From Xanthomonas campestris pv. campestris str. ATCC 33913 (GTDB lineage: Bacteria; Pseudomonadota; Gammaproteobacteria; Xanthomonadales; Xanthomonadaceae), in NCBI RefSeq assembly GCF_000007145.1, contig NC_003902.1, positions 1,177,436 to 1,209,435 on the forward strand: DNA of 32,000 nucleotides, in the 5' to 3' direction. Below are positions 1 to 8,642 of the stretch, piece after piece (the stretch's first letter is position 1; each line of letters starts with the position of its first letter). A model generated the notes under the pieces. It made no database searches, was not told the origin of the DNA, and worked only from the letters and a program-made list of their open reading frames with translations. Made by a program: the position numbers and the translations under genes.

Positions 1-1387
1 AGGCCTCGAGCTGGGCCAGACTCACCTGGCCCTGTGCTTGCGCCTTCCAATGAATGCACAGACGCTCGACCAGGTTACGTAGCTCACGCACGTTGCCGGG
101 CCAGGCGTGCTGTTGCAGTCGCTGCAGCGCAGCGGGCGAGAGTGGCAATGCCGTCTCGCTGCCGTGTTGCGCGTAGTGCGTGAGTAACAAGGCGATGTCG
201 TCGGGGCGATTCCGCAGCGGCGGCAGGTCGATGCGCAACGCGGCCAGGCGATAGAACAGGTCGCGGCGGAAGCGCCCCTGGTCGACGAGTGTCTGCAGCG
301 GCTGCAGGCTGGCCGCCACCACGCGCACATCGACCGGTACCGGCACGGTGGCGCCAACGCGCAGCACCTCGCGTTCTTCCAGTACACGCAGCAGGCGGGT
401 CTGCAGCGGCAGTGGGAGCTCGCCGATTTCATCGAGAAACAGGGTGCCGTCCTGCGCGGCTTCGATCAGCCCTGTGTGGCCGCCGCGCCGCGCGCCGGTG
501 AAGGCGCCATCGCTGTAGCCGAACAGTTCCGCTTCCAGCAGCGACTCGGTGATCGCGCCGCAGTTGATCGCCACAAACCGGCCCCGGCGGCGGCTGCCGG
601 CGTGCAGCTGCCGCGCAACCAGCTCCTTGCCGGTGCCGGTCTCTCCGCTGATCAACACGGTGCTGGCGTGCGGCGCGTACAGCTGCACCAGTGCGCGCAC
701 CTGCACCATGGCGGTGTCTTCGCCGAGCAGTGCGGCCGGTTGGTTGCGCGTGCGGCGTGTGGCATTGCGTAGAGCGGGGGCTGCGCTGCTGGGCGCGGTG
801 GCCAGGGCGATCGCCTGGTCGAGCGCCAGGCGGACCGAGTCGGCCGAGTACAACAACACGCCGGGCAGGCCGGCCTGTTCGGCGAAGTCGATCGCCATGC
901 CGGTCCCGACGATCACCTGGATGCCGCTGGCACGCAGGTCGGCGATGCAGTCGCGGGCGTCCTCGGCAGTGACGAAGCGGCGGTGGGCGATGTCCAGCGC
1001 GAAGCTGTCCTGGAACGGCTGAAATGACGGCACGTCGGTGGCATGGGTCACCACGCCGATGCGCGGTGCGATGCGGCGCGCGCGCGCCAGTGCTTCCATC
1101 AGGTCGAAGCCGGTGGCCTGGATCGGCGCCAGCGGCAGCGGTAGCCGGCTGCGCAGGTAAGCGGCGTTGGAGCCGCCAGCCACCAGCACATCGCAGCGCT
1201 CGCGGCGCAGGCGCTGGCCGATGACCTCGACCGCCTCGGCAAAGCCGAGGTTGATCTGCTCAATGTGTGCGCGCTGGTCGAACTCGGGAATGACATCGGC
1301 CAGCAGGCCGGTCAGGCGCGACACGCTGACCGTCCAGATCACCGGCAGGGTGCCATCCGCAGGAGCGACGAAGGAGGAGTGAGGCAT
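1..1387 (-). CDS. prpR: Sigma-54-dependent propionate catabolism activator PrpR; the C-terminal end runs off the left edge of the window
   Basis: My own minus-strand translation from the ATG at 1387 stays open to position 1. It begins MPHSSFVAPADGTLPVIWTVSVSRL and contains AAA+ sigma-54 activator motifs: GETGTGKE (Walker A), GAFTGA, DGTLFLDEIGELP (Walker B) and WPGNVRELRN. It is absent from the ORF track because no stop lies in the window; the track ORFs over this stretch are in other frames. It is divergent from prpB. Confidence 0.9.
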   Translation of the reverse strand, partial: MPHSSFVAPADGTLPVIWTVSVSRLTGLLADVIPEFDQRAHIEQINLGFAEAVEVIGQRLRRERCDVLVAGGSNAAYLRSRLPLPLAPIQATGFDLMEALARARRIAPRIGVVTHATDVPSFQPFQDSFALDIAHRRFVTAEDARDCIADLRASGIQVIVGTGMAIDFAEQAGLPGVLLYSADSVRLALDQAIALATAPSSAAPALRNATRRTRNQPAALLGEDTAMVQVRALVQLYAPHASTVLISGETGTGKELVARQLHAGSRRRGRFVAINCGAITESLLEAELFGYSDGAFTGARRGGHTGLIEAAQDGTLFLDEIGELPLPLQTRLLRVLEEREVLRVGATVPVPVDVRVVAASLQPLQTLVDQGRFRRDLFYRLAALRIDLPPLRNRPDDIALLLTHYAQHGSETALPLSPAALQRLQQHAWPGNVRELRNLVERLCIHWKAQAQGQVSLAQLEA

Positions 1388-1398
1388 GATTCGCTGAC

Positions 1399-1444
1399 GT
1401 TTCAGTGATGTTGCATAGTGCTCCGACTGTTTCATTGATGCAAC
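1399..1444. promoter_or_regulatory. Candidate PrpR enhancer (UAS): two direct GTTTCAnTGATG repeats 30 bp apart, plus a GTTGCAT/ATGCAAC inverted pair
   Basis: GTTTCAGTGATG lies at 1399-1410 and GTTTCATTGATG at 1429-1440. GTTGCAT (1410-1416) is the reverse complement of ATGCAAC (1438-1444). The site sits in the prpR-prpB divergent spacer, upstream of the sigma-54 promoter. From memory, the GTTTCAT half-site resembles the enteric PrpR enhancer. Confidence 0.4.
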
Positions 1445-1485
1445 GCTGCGAGCGGGCACGGTCAATCACATCAATGGCTTACGGT

Positions 1486-1501
1486 TGGCACGCCCCTTGC
1501 G
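1486..1501 (+). promoter_or_regulatory. Sigma-54 (-24/-12) promoter of the prp operon
   Basis: TGGCACgccccTTGCg matches the TGGCAC-N5-TTGCW consensus with correct spacing. It lies 32 bp upstream of the ATG at 1533 and next to a sigma-54 activator gene. Confidence 0.7.
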
Positions 1502-1532
1502 CTACTGCAGTCATCCCATTTCAGGAATCGCC

Positions 1533-2429
1533 ATGACGTCCTTGCCCCTGTCTTCCGCTGGCGCCCGGTTCCGTGCAGCCCTGGCCGCCGAATCGCCGCT
1601 GCAGGTGATCGGCGCCATCAACGCCAACCACGCGTTGCTGGCGCAACGCGCCGGCTATCAAGCCATCTATCTTTCCGGCGGCGGGGTGGCGGCCGGGTCG
1701 CTGGGCTTGCCGGATCTGGGCATCAACACCCTGGAAGACGTGCTGATCGATGTGCGCCGCATCACCGATGTCTGCGAACTTCCGCTACTGGTGGATGTGG
1801 ACACCGGCTTTGGGCCGAGCGCGTTCAATATCGAACGCACCATCAAGTCGCTGATCAAGGCGGGCGCGGCCGGCTGCCATATCGAAGATCAGGTCGGCGC
1901 CAAGCGCTGCGGCCATCGCCCGGGCAAGGAGATCGTCAGCCAGGGCGAGATGGTGGATCGGGTCAAGGCAGCGGCCGATGCCAAGACCGATCCGGCGTTC
2001 TTCCTGATTGCGCGAACCGACGCGATCCAGATGGAAGGCGTGGATGCGGCGATCGAACGCGCCATTGCCTGCGTGGAGGCGGGCGCGGACGGTATCTTCG
2101 CCGAGGCCGCCTATGACCTGGAGACCTACCAGCGCTTCGTTGATGCGGTGCGCGTGCCTGTGCTGGCCAACATCACCGAATTCGGCAAGACGCCGTTGTT
2201 CACCCGCGACCAACTTGCGCAGGCCGGCGTGGCGATCCAGTTGTTCCCGCTGTCTGCCTTCCGCGCTGCCAACAAGGCCGCCGAAGCGGTGTACACCGCA
2301 ATCCGCCGCGATGGGCATCAGAACGCCGTGCTGGAAAGCATGCAGACGCGCGAAGAGTTGTACGAGCGCATCGGCTATCACGATTACGAACAGCGACTGG
2401 ATGCCTTGTTCGCGCGCAAGGGCGCATGA
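1533..2429 (+). CDS. prpB: 2-methylisocitrate lyase
   Basis: This is the track ORF 1485..2429, with the start moved to the ATG at 1533 because the TTG at 1485 overlaps the sigma-54 promoter. The protein carries isocitrate-lyase/PEP-mutase family motifs: [29 protein letters not shown] and FLIARTDA. Confidence 0.93.
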   Translation: MTSLPLSSAGARFRAALAAESPLQVIGAINANHALLAQRAGYQAIYLSGGGVAAGSLGLPDLGINTLEDVLIDVRRITDVCELPLLVDVDTGFGPSAFNIERTIKSLIKAGAAGCHIEDQVGAKRCGHRPGKEIVSQGEMVDRVKAAADAKTDPAFFLIARTDAIQMEGVDAAIERAIACVEAGADGIFAEAAYDLETYQRFVDAVRVPVLANITEFGKTPLFTRDQLAQAGVAIQLFPLSAFRAANKAAEAVYTAIRRDGHQNAVLESMQTREELYERIGYHDYEQRLDALFARKGA

Positions 2430-2504
2430 TCGCGCTGCGCAGCACGTCGCCGGTGCCATCCCGTTAGTCATTTCGCGACACGCCATATCTGAAGAGGTCC
2501 ACGC

Positions 2505-3659
2505 ATGAACGACACCGTCATTCCTGGTTTCAAGCCGAAGAAATCGGTTGCCCTGTCCGGCACCGCCGCCGGCAATACCGCGCTGTGCACCGTGGGGCGC
2601 AGCGGCAACGATCTGCACTACCGTGGTTACGACATTCTGGACCTGGCCACCAGCAGCGAATTCGAAGAGATCGCGTATCTGCTGGTGCACGGCAAGCTCC
2701 CCAACAGTGGTGAACTGCGTGGTTACAAGGCCAAGCTGCGCTCGTTGCGCGGCGTGCCGGCGGCGGTGAAAACTGCGCTGGAACAGCTGCCGCCCTCGGC
2801 GCACCCGATGGATGTGATGCGCACCGGCGTTTCCGTGCTCGGCTGCCTGCAGCCGGAAAAGGACGACCACAACCATCCAGGTGCGCGCGATATCGCCGAC
2901 AAGCTGATGGCCAGCCTGGGCTCGATGCTGCTGTACTGGTATCACTACAGCCACAACGGCAAGCGCATTGAGGTAGAGACCGACGACGATTCGATCGGTG
3001 GGCATTTCCTGCACCTGTTGCATGGATTTGCGCCGAAAGAATCGTGGGTGCGCGCGATGCACACCAGCCTGATCCTGTATGCCGAGCATGAGTTCAACGC
3101 GTCGACATTCGCGAGCCGCGTTATCGCCGGCACCGGCAGCGACATGTACAGCGCCATTGCCGGCGGCATCGGCGCGCTGCGTGGCCCCAAGCACGGTGGC
3201 GCCAACGAAGTGGCATTCGAAGTGCAGAAGCGCTACGACACGCCGGATGAGGCCGAGGCCGACATCAAGGCACGGGTGGAGCGCAAGGAAGTGGTGATCG
3301 GCTTCGGCCACCCGGTGTACACGGTGTCCGACCCGCGCAACAAGGTGATCAAGGACGTGGCCCGCGAACTGTCGGACGAGCAGGGCAGCCGCAAGATGTA
3401 CGACATCGCCGAGCGCCTGGAAACGGTGATGTGGGACATCAAGAAGATGTTCCCGAACCTGGATTGGTTCAGTGCGGTGAGCTACCACATGATGGGCGTG
3501 CCGACGGCGATGTTTACACCGCTGTTCGTGCTGGCACGCACGGCCGGTTGGAGCGCGCACATCATCGAGCAGCGCGTGGATGGCAAGATCATCCGCCCCT
3601 CGGCCAACTACACCGGGCCGGAAGACCAGGCGTTTGTGCCGCTGGATCAGCGCGCCTGA
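2505..3659 (+). CDS. prpC: 2-methylcitrate synthase
   Basis: A 384-aa ORF with citrate-synthase signatures ([23 protein letters not shown]). It follows prpB. Confidence 0.95.
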   Translation: MNDTVIPGFKPKKSVALSGTAAGNTALCTVGRSGNDLHYRGYDILDLATSSEFEEIAYLLVHGKLPNSGELRGYKAKLRSLRGVPAAVKTALEQLPPSAHPMDVMRTGVSVLGCLQPEKDDHNHPGARDIADKLMASLGSMLLYWYHYSHNGKRIEVETDDDSIGGHFLHLLHGFAPKESWVRAMHTSLILYAEHEFNASTFASRVIAGTGSDMYSAIAGGIGALRGPKHGGANEVAFEVQKRYDTPDEAEADIKARVERKEVVIGFGHPVYTVSDPRNKVIKDVARELSDEQGSRKMYDIAERLETVMWDIKKMFPNLDWFSAVSYHMMGVPTAMFTPLFVLARTAGWSAHIIEQRVDGKIIRPSANYTGPEDQAFVPLDQRA

Positions 3660-3767
3660 GCAGGCGCTGCAGGTTGCGCTGTTGACCGGTTGCCTGCCTC
3701 TTGAGCAGATCGCCGGAAAACAGCGCAACTGTGTACTTGCAAACACCGCACAGCCCTGCAGCCTCTA

Positions 3768-3820
3768 CCCGATTCCCGATTCCCGATTCCCGATTCCCGA
3801 TTCCCGATTCCCGATTCCCG
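3768..3820. repeat. Perfect 7-bp tandem repeat (CCCGATT) x7 plus a partial CCCG
   Basis: Read directly: CCCGATT units start at 3768, 3775, 3782, 3789, 3796, 3803 and 3810, followed by CCCG at 3817-3820. The repeat is intergenic, between the prpC stop (3659) and the acnD start (3843). Confidence 0.97.
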
Positions 3821-3842
3821 CTCCAAAGCCCCCGCCCGCTTC

Positions 3843-6452
3843 GTGATGTCGCCAGCCATGAACAACTCGTACCGCAAGCCCTTGCCGGGCACCTCGTTGG
3901 ACTATTTCGATGCCCGCGCCGCTGTGGATGCGTTGCAGCCCGGTGCGTATGCCACGCTGCCGTACACCGCGCGTGTGCATGCCGAAAACCTGGTGCGCCG
4001 CGCCGATCCGCAACACGTGGACGCTTATCTGCGGCAGTTGATCGAGCGCAAGCGCGACCTGGATTTCCCGTGGTTCCCGGCGCGCGTGGTGTGTCACGAC
4101 ATCCTTGGGCAGACCGCATTGGTGGATCTAGCCGGTTTGCGTGATGCCATTGCCGAGCAGGGTGGTGACCCGGCGCAGGTCAATCCGGTGGTGCCGGTGC
4201 AGTTGATCGTGGATCACTCGCTGGCGGTGGAATATGCCGGCTTCGACAAGCAGGCCTTTGCCAAGAATCGTGGCGTGGAAGACCGCCGCAACGCAGACCG
4301 GTTTCACTTCATCGAATGGACCAAGCGGGCATTCGAGAATGTGGAAGTGATCCCGCCGGGCAACGGGATCATGCATCAGATCAATCTGGAAAAAATGTCG
4401 CCGGTGATCTACGTGCAGGACGGCGTGGCGTTTCCAGATACCTGCGTGGGCACCGACAGCCACACCCCGCACGTGGATGCGTTGGGCGTGATTGCCGTAG
4501 GCGTTGGTGGCCTGGAAGCGGAGAACGTGATGCTCGGCCGCGCTTCGTGGATGCGGCTGCCGGACATCATTGGCGTGGAGTTGCTGGGGCGGCCGGCGCC
4601 GGGTATCACCGCCACCGATATCGTGCTGGCGCTCACCGAATTCCTGCGCCAGCAGCGCGTGGTGGGCGCGTACCTGGAGTTCTACGGTGCGGGTGCCAGT
4701 GCGCTGACCATCGGCGACCGCGCCACCATTTCCAACATGACGCCGGAGTTCGGCGCCACCGCGGCGATGTTCTACATCGACCAGCAGACGCTGGACTACC
4801 TGCGCCTGACCGGGCGCGAAGACACGCAGATTGCGCTGGTGGAAACATATGCCCGCCAGACCGGCTTGTGGGCCGACGATCTGGTCACCGCGCAGTACGA
4901 GCGCATGCTGCAGTTCGATCTGTCCAGCGTGGTGCGCAACATGGCCGGCCCGTCGAACCCGCACAAGCGTGTGGCGACCAGCGAGCTGGCCAGCCGTGGC
5001 ATTGCCGCTGCGTGGGAGCAGGTGCCCGGGCAGATGCCCGATGGTGCGGTCATCATCGCGGCGATTACCTCGTGCACCAATACCTCCAATCCGCGCAACG
5101 TCATCGCCGCTGGCTTGCTGGCGCGCAATGCGAATGCGCGCGGTCTTACGCGCAAACCATGGGTGAAAAGTTCGCTGGCACCTGGCTCCAAGGCGGTGCA
5201 GCTGTACCTGGAAGAGGCCGGCTTGCTTGGCGAGCTGGAGCAGCTGGGCTTCGGCATCGTGGCGTTCGCTTGCACCACCTGCAACGGCATGAGCGGCGCG
5301 CTGGACCCGGTGATCCAGCAGGAAATCATCGAGCGCGACCTGTATGCCACCGCGGTGTTGTCGGGCAACCGCAATTTCGATGGACGGATCCACCCGTACG
5401 CGAAGCAGGCTTTTCTCGCATCGCCGCCGTTGGTGATTGCCTATGCCATCGCCGGCACGGTGCGCTTCGATATCGAGAAGGATGTCCTGGGCGTGGATGC
5501 CGAGGGTGTGCCGGTCACGCTCAAGGACCTGTGGCCCAGCGATGCGGAGATCGATGCGGTGGTCGCGCGCAGCGTGAAGCCGGAGCATTTCCGCAGCGTG
5601 TACGAGCCGATGTTCAGGCGCAGTGGCCTGCAGGGTGCACGCGTCAGCCCGTTGTACGACTGGCGCGCGCAGAGTACCTACATCCGCCGCCCGCCGTATT
5701 GGGAGGGCGCGCTGGCAGGTGCGCGCACCTTGCAGGGCATGCGCCCGCTGGCGGTGTTGGGCGACAACATCACCACCGATCATCTGTCGCCGTCCAATGC
5801 GATTCTTGCCAGCAGTGCGGCCGGTGAATACCTCACCCAGATGGGCGTGCCGGAAGAAGACTTCAATTCCTACGCCACCCACCGCGGCGACCATCTCACC
5901 GCGCAGCGGGCGACCTTTGCCAACCCCAAGCTGGTGAACGAAATGGCAGTGGTCGATGGCCAGGTCACGGCCGGTTCGCTGGCGCGGCTGGAGCCGGAAG
6001 GGCAGGTGCTGCGCATGTGGGAGGCGATCGAAACCTACATGCAGCGCAAGCAGCCGCTGATCATCATTGCCGGTGCCGATTACGGGCAAGGCTCGTCGCG
6101 CGATTGGGCGGCCAAGGGCGTGCGGCTGGCCGGTGTGGAGGCGATCGTGGCCGAAGGCTTCGAGCGGATTCACCGTACCAACCTGATCGGCATGGGCGTG
6201 TTGCCGCTGGAGTTCAAGCCGGGGACCGACCGCAAGATGCTGGGTATCGATGGCAGCGAGACGTTCGATGTGGTCGGCGAACGCACCCCGGGCGCAACGC
6301 TGACGCTGTCGGTGCATCGACGCGACGGCGAGCAGCTGCAGGTGCCGGTGACCTGCCGCCTGGATACCGCAGAAGAAGTGTCGATCTACGAGGCGGGCGG
6401 CGTGCTGCAGCGGTTTGCACAGGATTTTCTGGAAGCAACCAAGGCTGCCTGA
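3843..6452 (+). CDS. acnD: Fe/S-dependent 2-methylisocitrate dehydratase (aconitase family, AcnD type)
   Basis: An 869-aa ORF with aconitase motifs (GTDSHT, ITSCTNTSNP, CTTCNGMSG, GSSRDWAAKG). It sits between prpC and prpF. The start is ambiguous among GTG 3843, ATG 3846 and ATG 3858. Confidence 0.95.
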   Translation: MMSPAMNNSYRKPLPGTSLDYFDARAAVDALQPGAYATLPYTARVHAENLVRRADPQHVDAYLRQLIERKRDLDFPWFPARVVCHDILGQTALVDLAGLRDAIAEQGGDPAQVNPVVPVQLIVDHSLAVEYAGFDKQAFAKNRGVEDRRNADRFHFIEWTKRAFENVEVIPPGNGIMHQINLEKMSPVIYVQDGVAFPDTCVGTDSHTPHVDALGVIAVGVGGLEAENVMLGRASWMRLPDIIGVELLGRPAPGITATDIVLALTEFLRQQRVVGAYLEFYGAGASALTIGDRATISNMTPEFGATAAMFYIDQQTLDYLRLTGREDTQIALVETYARQTGLWADDLVTAQYERMLQFDLSSVVRNMAGPSNPHKRVATSELASRGIAAAWEQVPGQMPDGAVIIAAITSCTNTSNPRNVIAAGLLARNANARGLTRKPWVKSSLAPGSKAVQLYLEEAGLLGELEQLGFGIVAFACTTCNGMSGALDPVIQQEIIERDLYATAVLSGNRNFDGRIHPYAKQAFLASPPLVIAYAIAGTVRFDIEKDVLGVDAEGVPVTLKDLWPSDAEIDAVVARSVKPEHFRSVYEPMFRRSGLQGARVSPLYDWRAQSTYIRRPPYWEGALAGARTLQGMRPLAVLGDNITTDHLSPSNAILASSAAGEYLTQMGVPEEDFNSYATHRGDHLTAQRATFANPKLVNEMAVVDGQVTAGSLARLEPEGQVLRMWEAIETYMQRKQPLIIIAGADYGQGSSRDWAAKGVRLAGVEAIVAEGFERIHRTNLIGMGVLPLEFKPGTDRKMLGIDGSETFDVVGERTPGATLTLSVHRRDGEQLQVPVTCRLDTAEEVSIYEAGGVLQRFAQDFLEATKAA

Positions 6453-6511
6453 ATATGCGCCAGTACGTCTCGCCCAGCGGCTTGCCGATGCCGCTGCCGG
6501 GAGGCACACTT

Positions 6512-6526
6512 TGGCAATCTTTGCCA
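6512..6526. promoter_or_regulatory. Candidate antitoxin operator: palindrome TGGCAA-TCT-TTGCCA
   Basis: Perfect 6-bp arms (6512-6517 and 6521-6526) lie 13 bp upstream of the parD-like ATG. Type II antitoxins typically autoregulate through such palindromes. Confidence 0.4.
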
Positions 6527-6538
6527 TCGGGTCGCTGC

Positions 6539-6781
6539 ATGGCCACCATGAACATCTCGCTCCCGGACGAGCTCAAGGAATTTGTCGACCAGCAGGTCCT
6601 GGAACATGCTTACGGCTCGAGCAGCGAATATCTGCGCGAGCTGATCCGTATGCAGCGTGATGCGCAAAGCCTGCGCGCGCTGTTGCTGGACGGCGCAGAG
6701 TCCGGGCCTGCTGTTGCGATGGAGGCCGACTTCTTTGACAGCATGCGCGCGCGTGCGCGTCAGCGCGCTGCCGGAAAATGA
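6539..6781 (+). CDS. ParD-like (ribbon-helix-helix) type II antitoxin
   Basis: This is the last 80 codons of track ORF 6017..6781: MATMNISLPDELKEFVDQQVLEHAYGSSSEYLRELIRMQRDAQSLRALLLDG. The N-terminal MNISLPxELxxFV plus SxSEYxRxLIR pattern is typical of ParD/CopG-family antitoxins. An alternative start is ATG 6548. Its stop overlaps the toxin start (ATGA at 6778-6781). Confidence 0.8.
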   Translation: MATMNISLPDELKEFVDQQVLEHAYGSSSEYLRELIRMQRDAQSLRALLLDGAESGPAVAMEADFFDSMRARARQRAAGK

Positions 6782-7095
6782 AGCCGGCGCGCTGGCGCCC
6801 CTTGGCGCTGCGCGATGTCGACGAGGCAGCCGCCTGGTACGGCGCCGAGGGCGGGCTTGCGCTGGAATTGGCCTTTACCAAAGCACTGGAGTCGGCGGTG
6901 ACCACGCTCATGCGCAATCCGGCGGCCGGTTCTAGCCGCCACGCGGTGGTGCTGAAGCTGCCGCAGATTCGTGTCTGGCCGCTCAAGCGGTTTCCCTATC
7001 TGCTGTTCTACAACGAGCGCGCAACCGACATCGTCATCTGGCGTGTCCTGCACATGCAACGCGATATTCCTGCGTGGATGAGCGCACATCCGTAA
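6778..7095 (+). CDS. ParE/RelE-family type II toxin
   Basis: A 105-aa ORF. FPYLLFYNERATDIVIWRVLHMQRD is the characteristic ParE C-terminal core. It shows a 4-bp translational-coupling overlap with the upstream antitoxin. Confidence 0.85.
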   Translation: MKPARWRPLALRDVDEAAAWYGAEGGLALELAFTKALESAVTTLMRNPAAGSSRHAVVLKLPQIRVWPLKRFPYLLFYNERATDIVIWRVLHMQRDIPAWMSAHP

Positions 7096-7188
7096 CGCCT
7101 GGCACGCAGCCCCGCCAAGCCGAGCACGCGGCGCTGCTGCACCGGACGTGTCCATGCACACAACTCAATTCGACCTCACCGAGCCGAC

Positions 7189-8388
7189 ATGACCCATTTG
7201 CCCCAACTCCGCATCCCCGCCACCTACCTGCGCGGCGGCACCAGCAAGGGCGTGTTCTTCCGCCTGCAGGATCTGCCGCCTGCCGCACAACAGCCGGGGC
7301 CGACGCGCGATGCGTTGTTGCTGCGGGTGATCGGTAGCCCGGATCCGTATGGCAAGCAGATCGATGGCATGGGCGGGGCGACGTCGAGCACCAGCAAGAG
7401 CGTGATTGTCTCCACCAGCACGCGGCCGGCGCACGACGTGGACTATCTGTTCGGGCAGGTGTCCATCGACAGTGCCTTCGTGGACTGGAGCGGCAACTGC
7501 GGCAATCTGTCGGCGGCGGTGGGGCCGTTCGCGCTTGCCAATGGCCTGGTCGATGCGGCACGCGTGCCGAGCGATGGCGTGGCCACGGTGCGGATCTGGC
7601 AGGCCAACATCGGCAAGACCATCGTGGCGCACGTACCGATGCGCGCAGGCCAGGTGCAGGAAACCGGCGACTTCGAGCTGGATGGCGTGACCTTTCCGGC
7701 GGCCGAAGTGCAACTGGAATTCCTGGACCCGGCCGATGCTGCCGAAGGCGAGGGCGGGGCGATGTTTCCGACCGGCAACCTGATCGATGCGCTGGAGGTC
7801 CCCGGCCTGGGCACCATCGACGCCACCCTGATCAACGCCGGCATTCCCACCATCTTCGTCAACGCGCGCGACCTGGGCTACACCGGCACCGAGCTACAGG
7901 ACGCCATCAATGGCGACCCGCGCGCGCTGACCATGTTCGAAACCCTGCGCGCACACGGCGCGGTGCGCATGGGCCTGATCGCACGCGTGGAGGATGCGGC
8001 CACGCGCCAGCACACCCCAAAAGTGGCTTTCGTGGCGCCGCCGGCCGACTACACCGCTTCCAGCGGCAAACCGGTGCATGCGGCCGAGGTCGATCTGCTG
8101 GTGCGCGCGATGTCGATGGGTAAATTGCACCACGCCATGATGGGGACCGCCGCGGTGGCGATCGGCACCGCCGCCGCTGTGCCGGGCACCCTGGTCAATC
8201 TGGCCGCCGGCGGTGCGGCGCGCTCGGCGGTGCGCTTCGGCCACCCCTCCGGCACCCTGCGCGTGGGCGCCGAGGCCACCCAGGTGGGTGGGCAGTGGCA
8301 GGTCACCAAAGCATTGATGAGCCGCAGTGCGCGCGTGCTGATGGAAGGGTGGGTACGGGTGCCGGCTGATGCTGCCGGGATCGGGTAA
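7189..8388 (+). CDS. prpF: 2-methylaconitate cis-trans isomerase
   Basis: A 399-aa ORF. Its N-terminus, IPATYLRGGTSKGVFF...GSPDPYGKQIDGMGGATSSTSK, is typical of PrpF. It belongs to the prp cluster, where it partners acnD. Confidence 0.92.
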   Translation: MTHLPQLRIPATYLRGGTSKGVFFRLQDLPPAAQQPGPTRDALLLRVIGSPDPYGKQIDGMGGATSSTSKSVIVSTSTRPAHDVDYLFGQVSIDSAFVDWSGNCGNLSAAVGPFALANGLVDAARVPSDGVATVRIWQANIGKTIVAHVPMRAGQVQETGDFELDGVTFPAAEVQLEFLDPADAAEGEGGAMFPTGNLIDALEVPGLGTIDATLINAGIPTIFVNARDLGYTGTELQDAINGDPRALTMFETLRAHGAVRMGLIARVEDAATRQHTPKVAFVAPPADYTASSGKPVHAAEVDLLVRAMSMGKLHHAMMGTAAVAIGTAAAVPGTLVNLAAGGAARSAVRFGHPSGTLRVGAEATQVGGQWQVTKALMSRSARVLMEGWVRVPADAAGIG

Positions 8389-8523
8389 TCGGCGCAGCAA
8401 AACAGGCCGGAAATCCGCGTCGTTGCGCTGATCCGGGGCGGCGGCGGCTGTGTCGTCCCGCTGCCGCCAACGAGGGCTGTAGTGCGGAAATTGCACGCCC
8501 CTGTTGCATTAATTAGAACGCAC

Positions 8524-8538
8524 TTTCGAATTCCGAAA
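8524..8538. promoter_or_regulatory. Candidate operator TTTCG-AATTC-CGAAA within an AT-rich promoter region upstream of the receptor gene
   Basis: A perfect 5-bp inverted repeat with a 5-bp centre. It lies in the only clearly AT-rich stretch of the region (about 8495-8600), ~105 bp upstream of ATG 8643. No regulator can be assigned. Confidence 0.25.
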
Positions 8539-8642
8539 ACTTTTTCGCACGCGTCCTGCCATATTTGTGTAAATCATGTTAATTCTGTTGCAACGCGGCA
8601 TGAAAGCCAGGCCGCCCCGTCACCAGAATCCGGAGTCCTCCC

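Noticed and set aside
6511-6527. TTGGCAATCTTTGCC upstream of the antitoxin resembles a sigma-54 -24/-12 element.
   Set aside because: The GG-to-GC spacing is two nt short of the consensus. The sequence is a perfect palindrome, which is better explained as an antitoxin operator.
6017-6538. The upstream 174 codons of track ORF 6017..6781 (254 aa).
   Set aside because: This portion overlaps acnD out of frame and has Arg/Gly/Ala-rich nonsense composition. Only the last ~80 codons show antitoxin features.
8491-8508. TTGCACGCCCCTGTTGCA downstream of prpF shares the 10-mer GCACGCCCCT with the prpB sigma-54 promoter and could be a second sigma-54 promoter, for the receptor gene.
   Set aside because: The near-invariant -24 GG is TG here, and the spacing to TTGC is two nt too long. 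It may be a decayed copy or a coincidence, and I cannot support function.
8565-8595. A possible Fur box in GTAAATCATGTTAATTCTG upstream of the first TonB-dependent receptor.
   Set aside because: It matches the 19-bp Fur consensus poorly in any register I tried by eye, and the receptor shows no siderophore-specific features. It should be scored with a position weight matrix before any claim.
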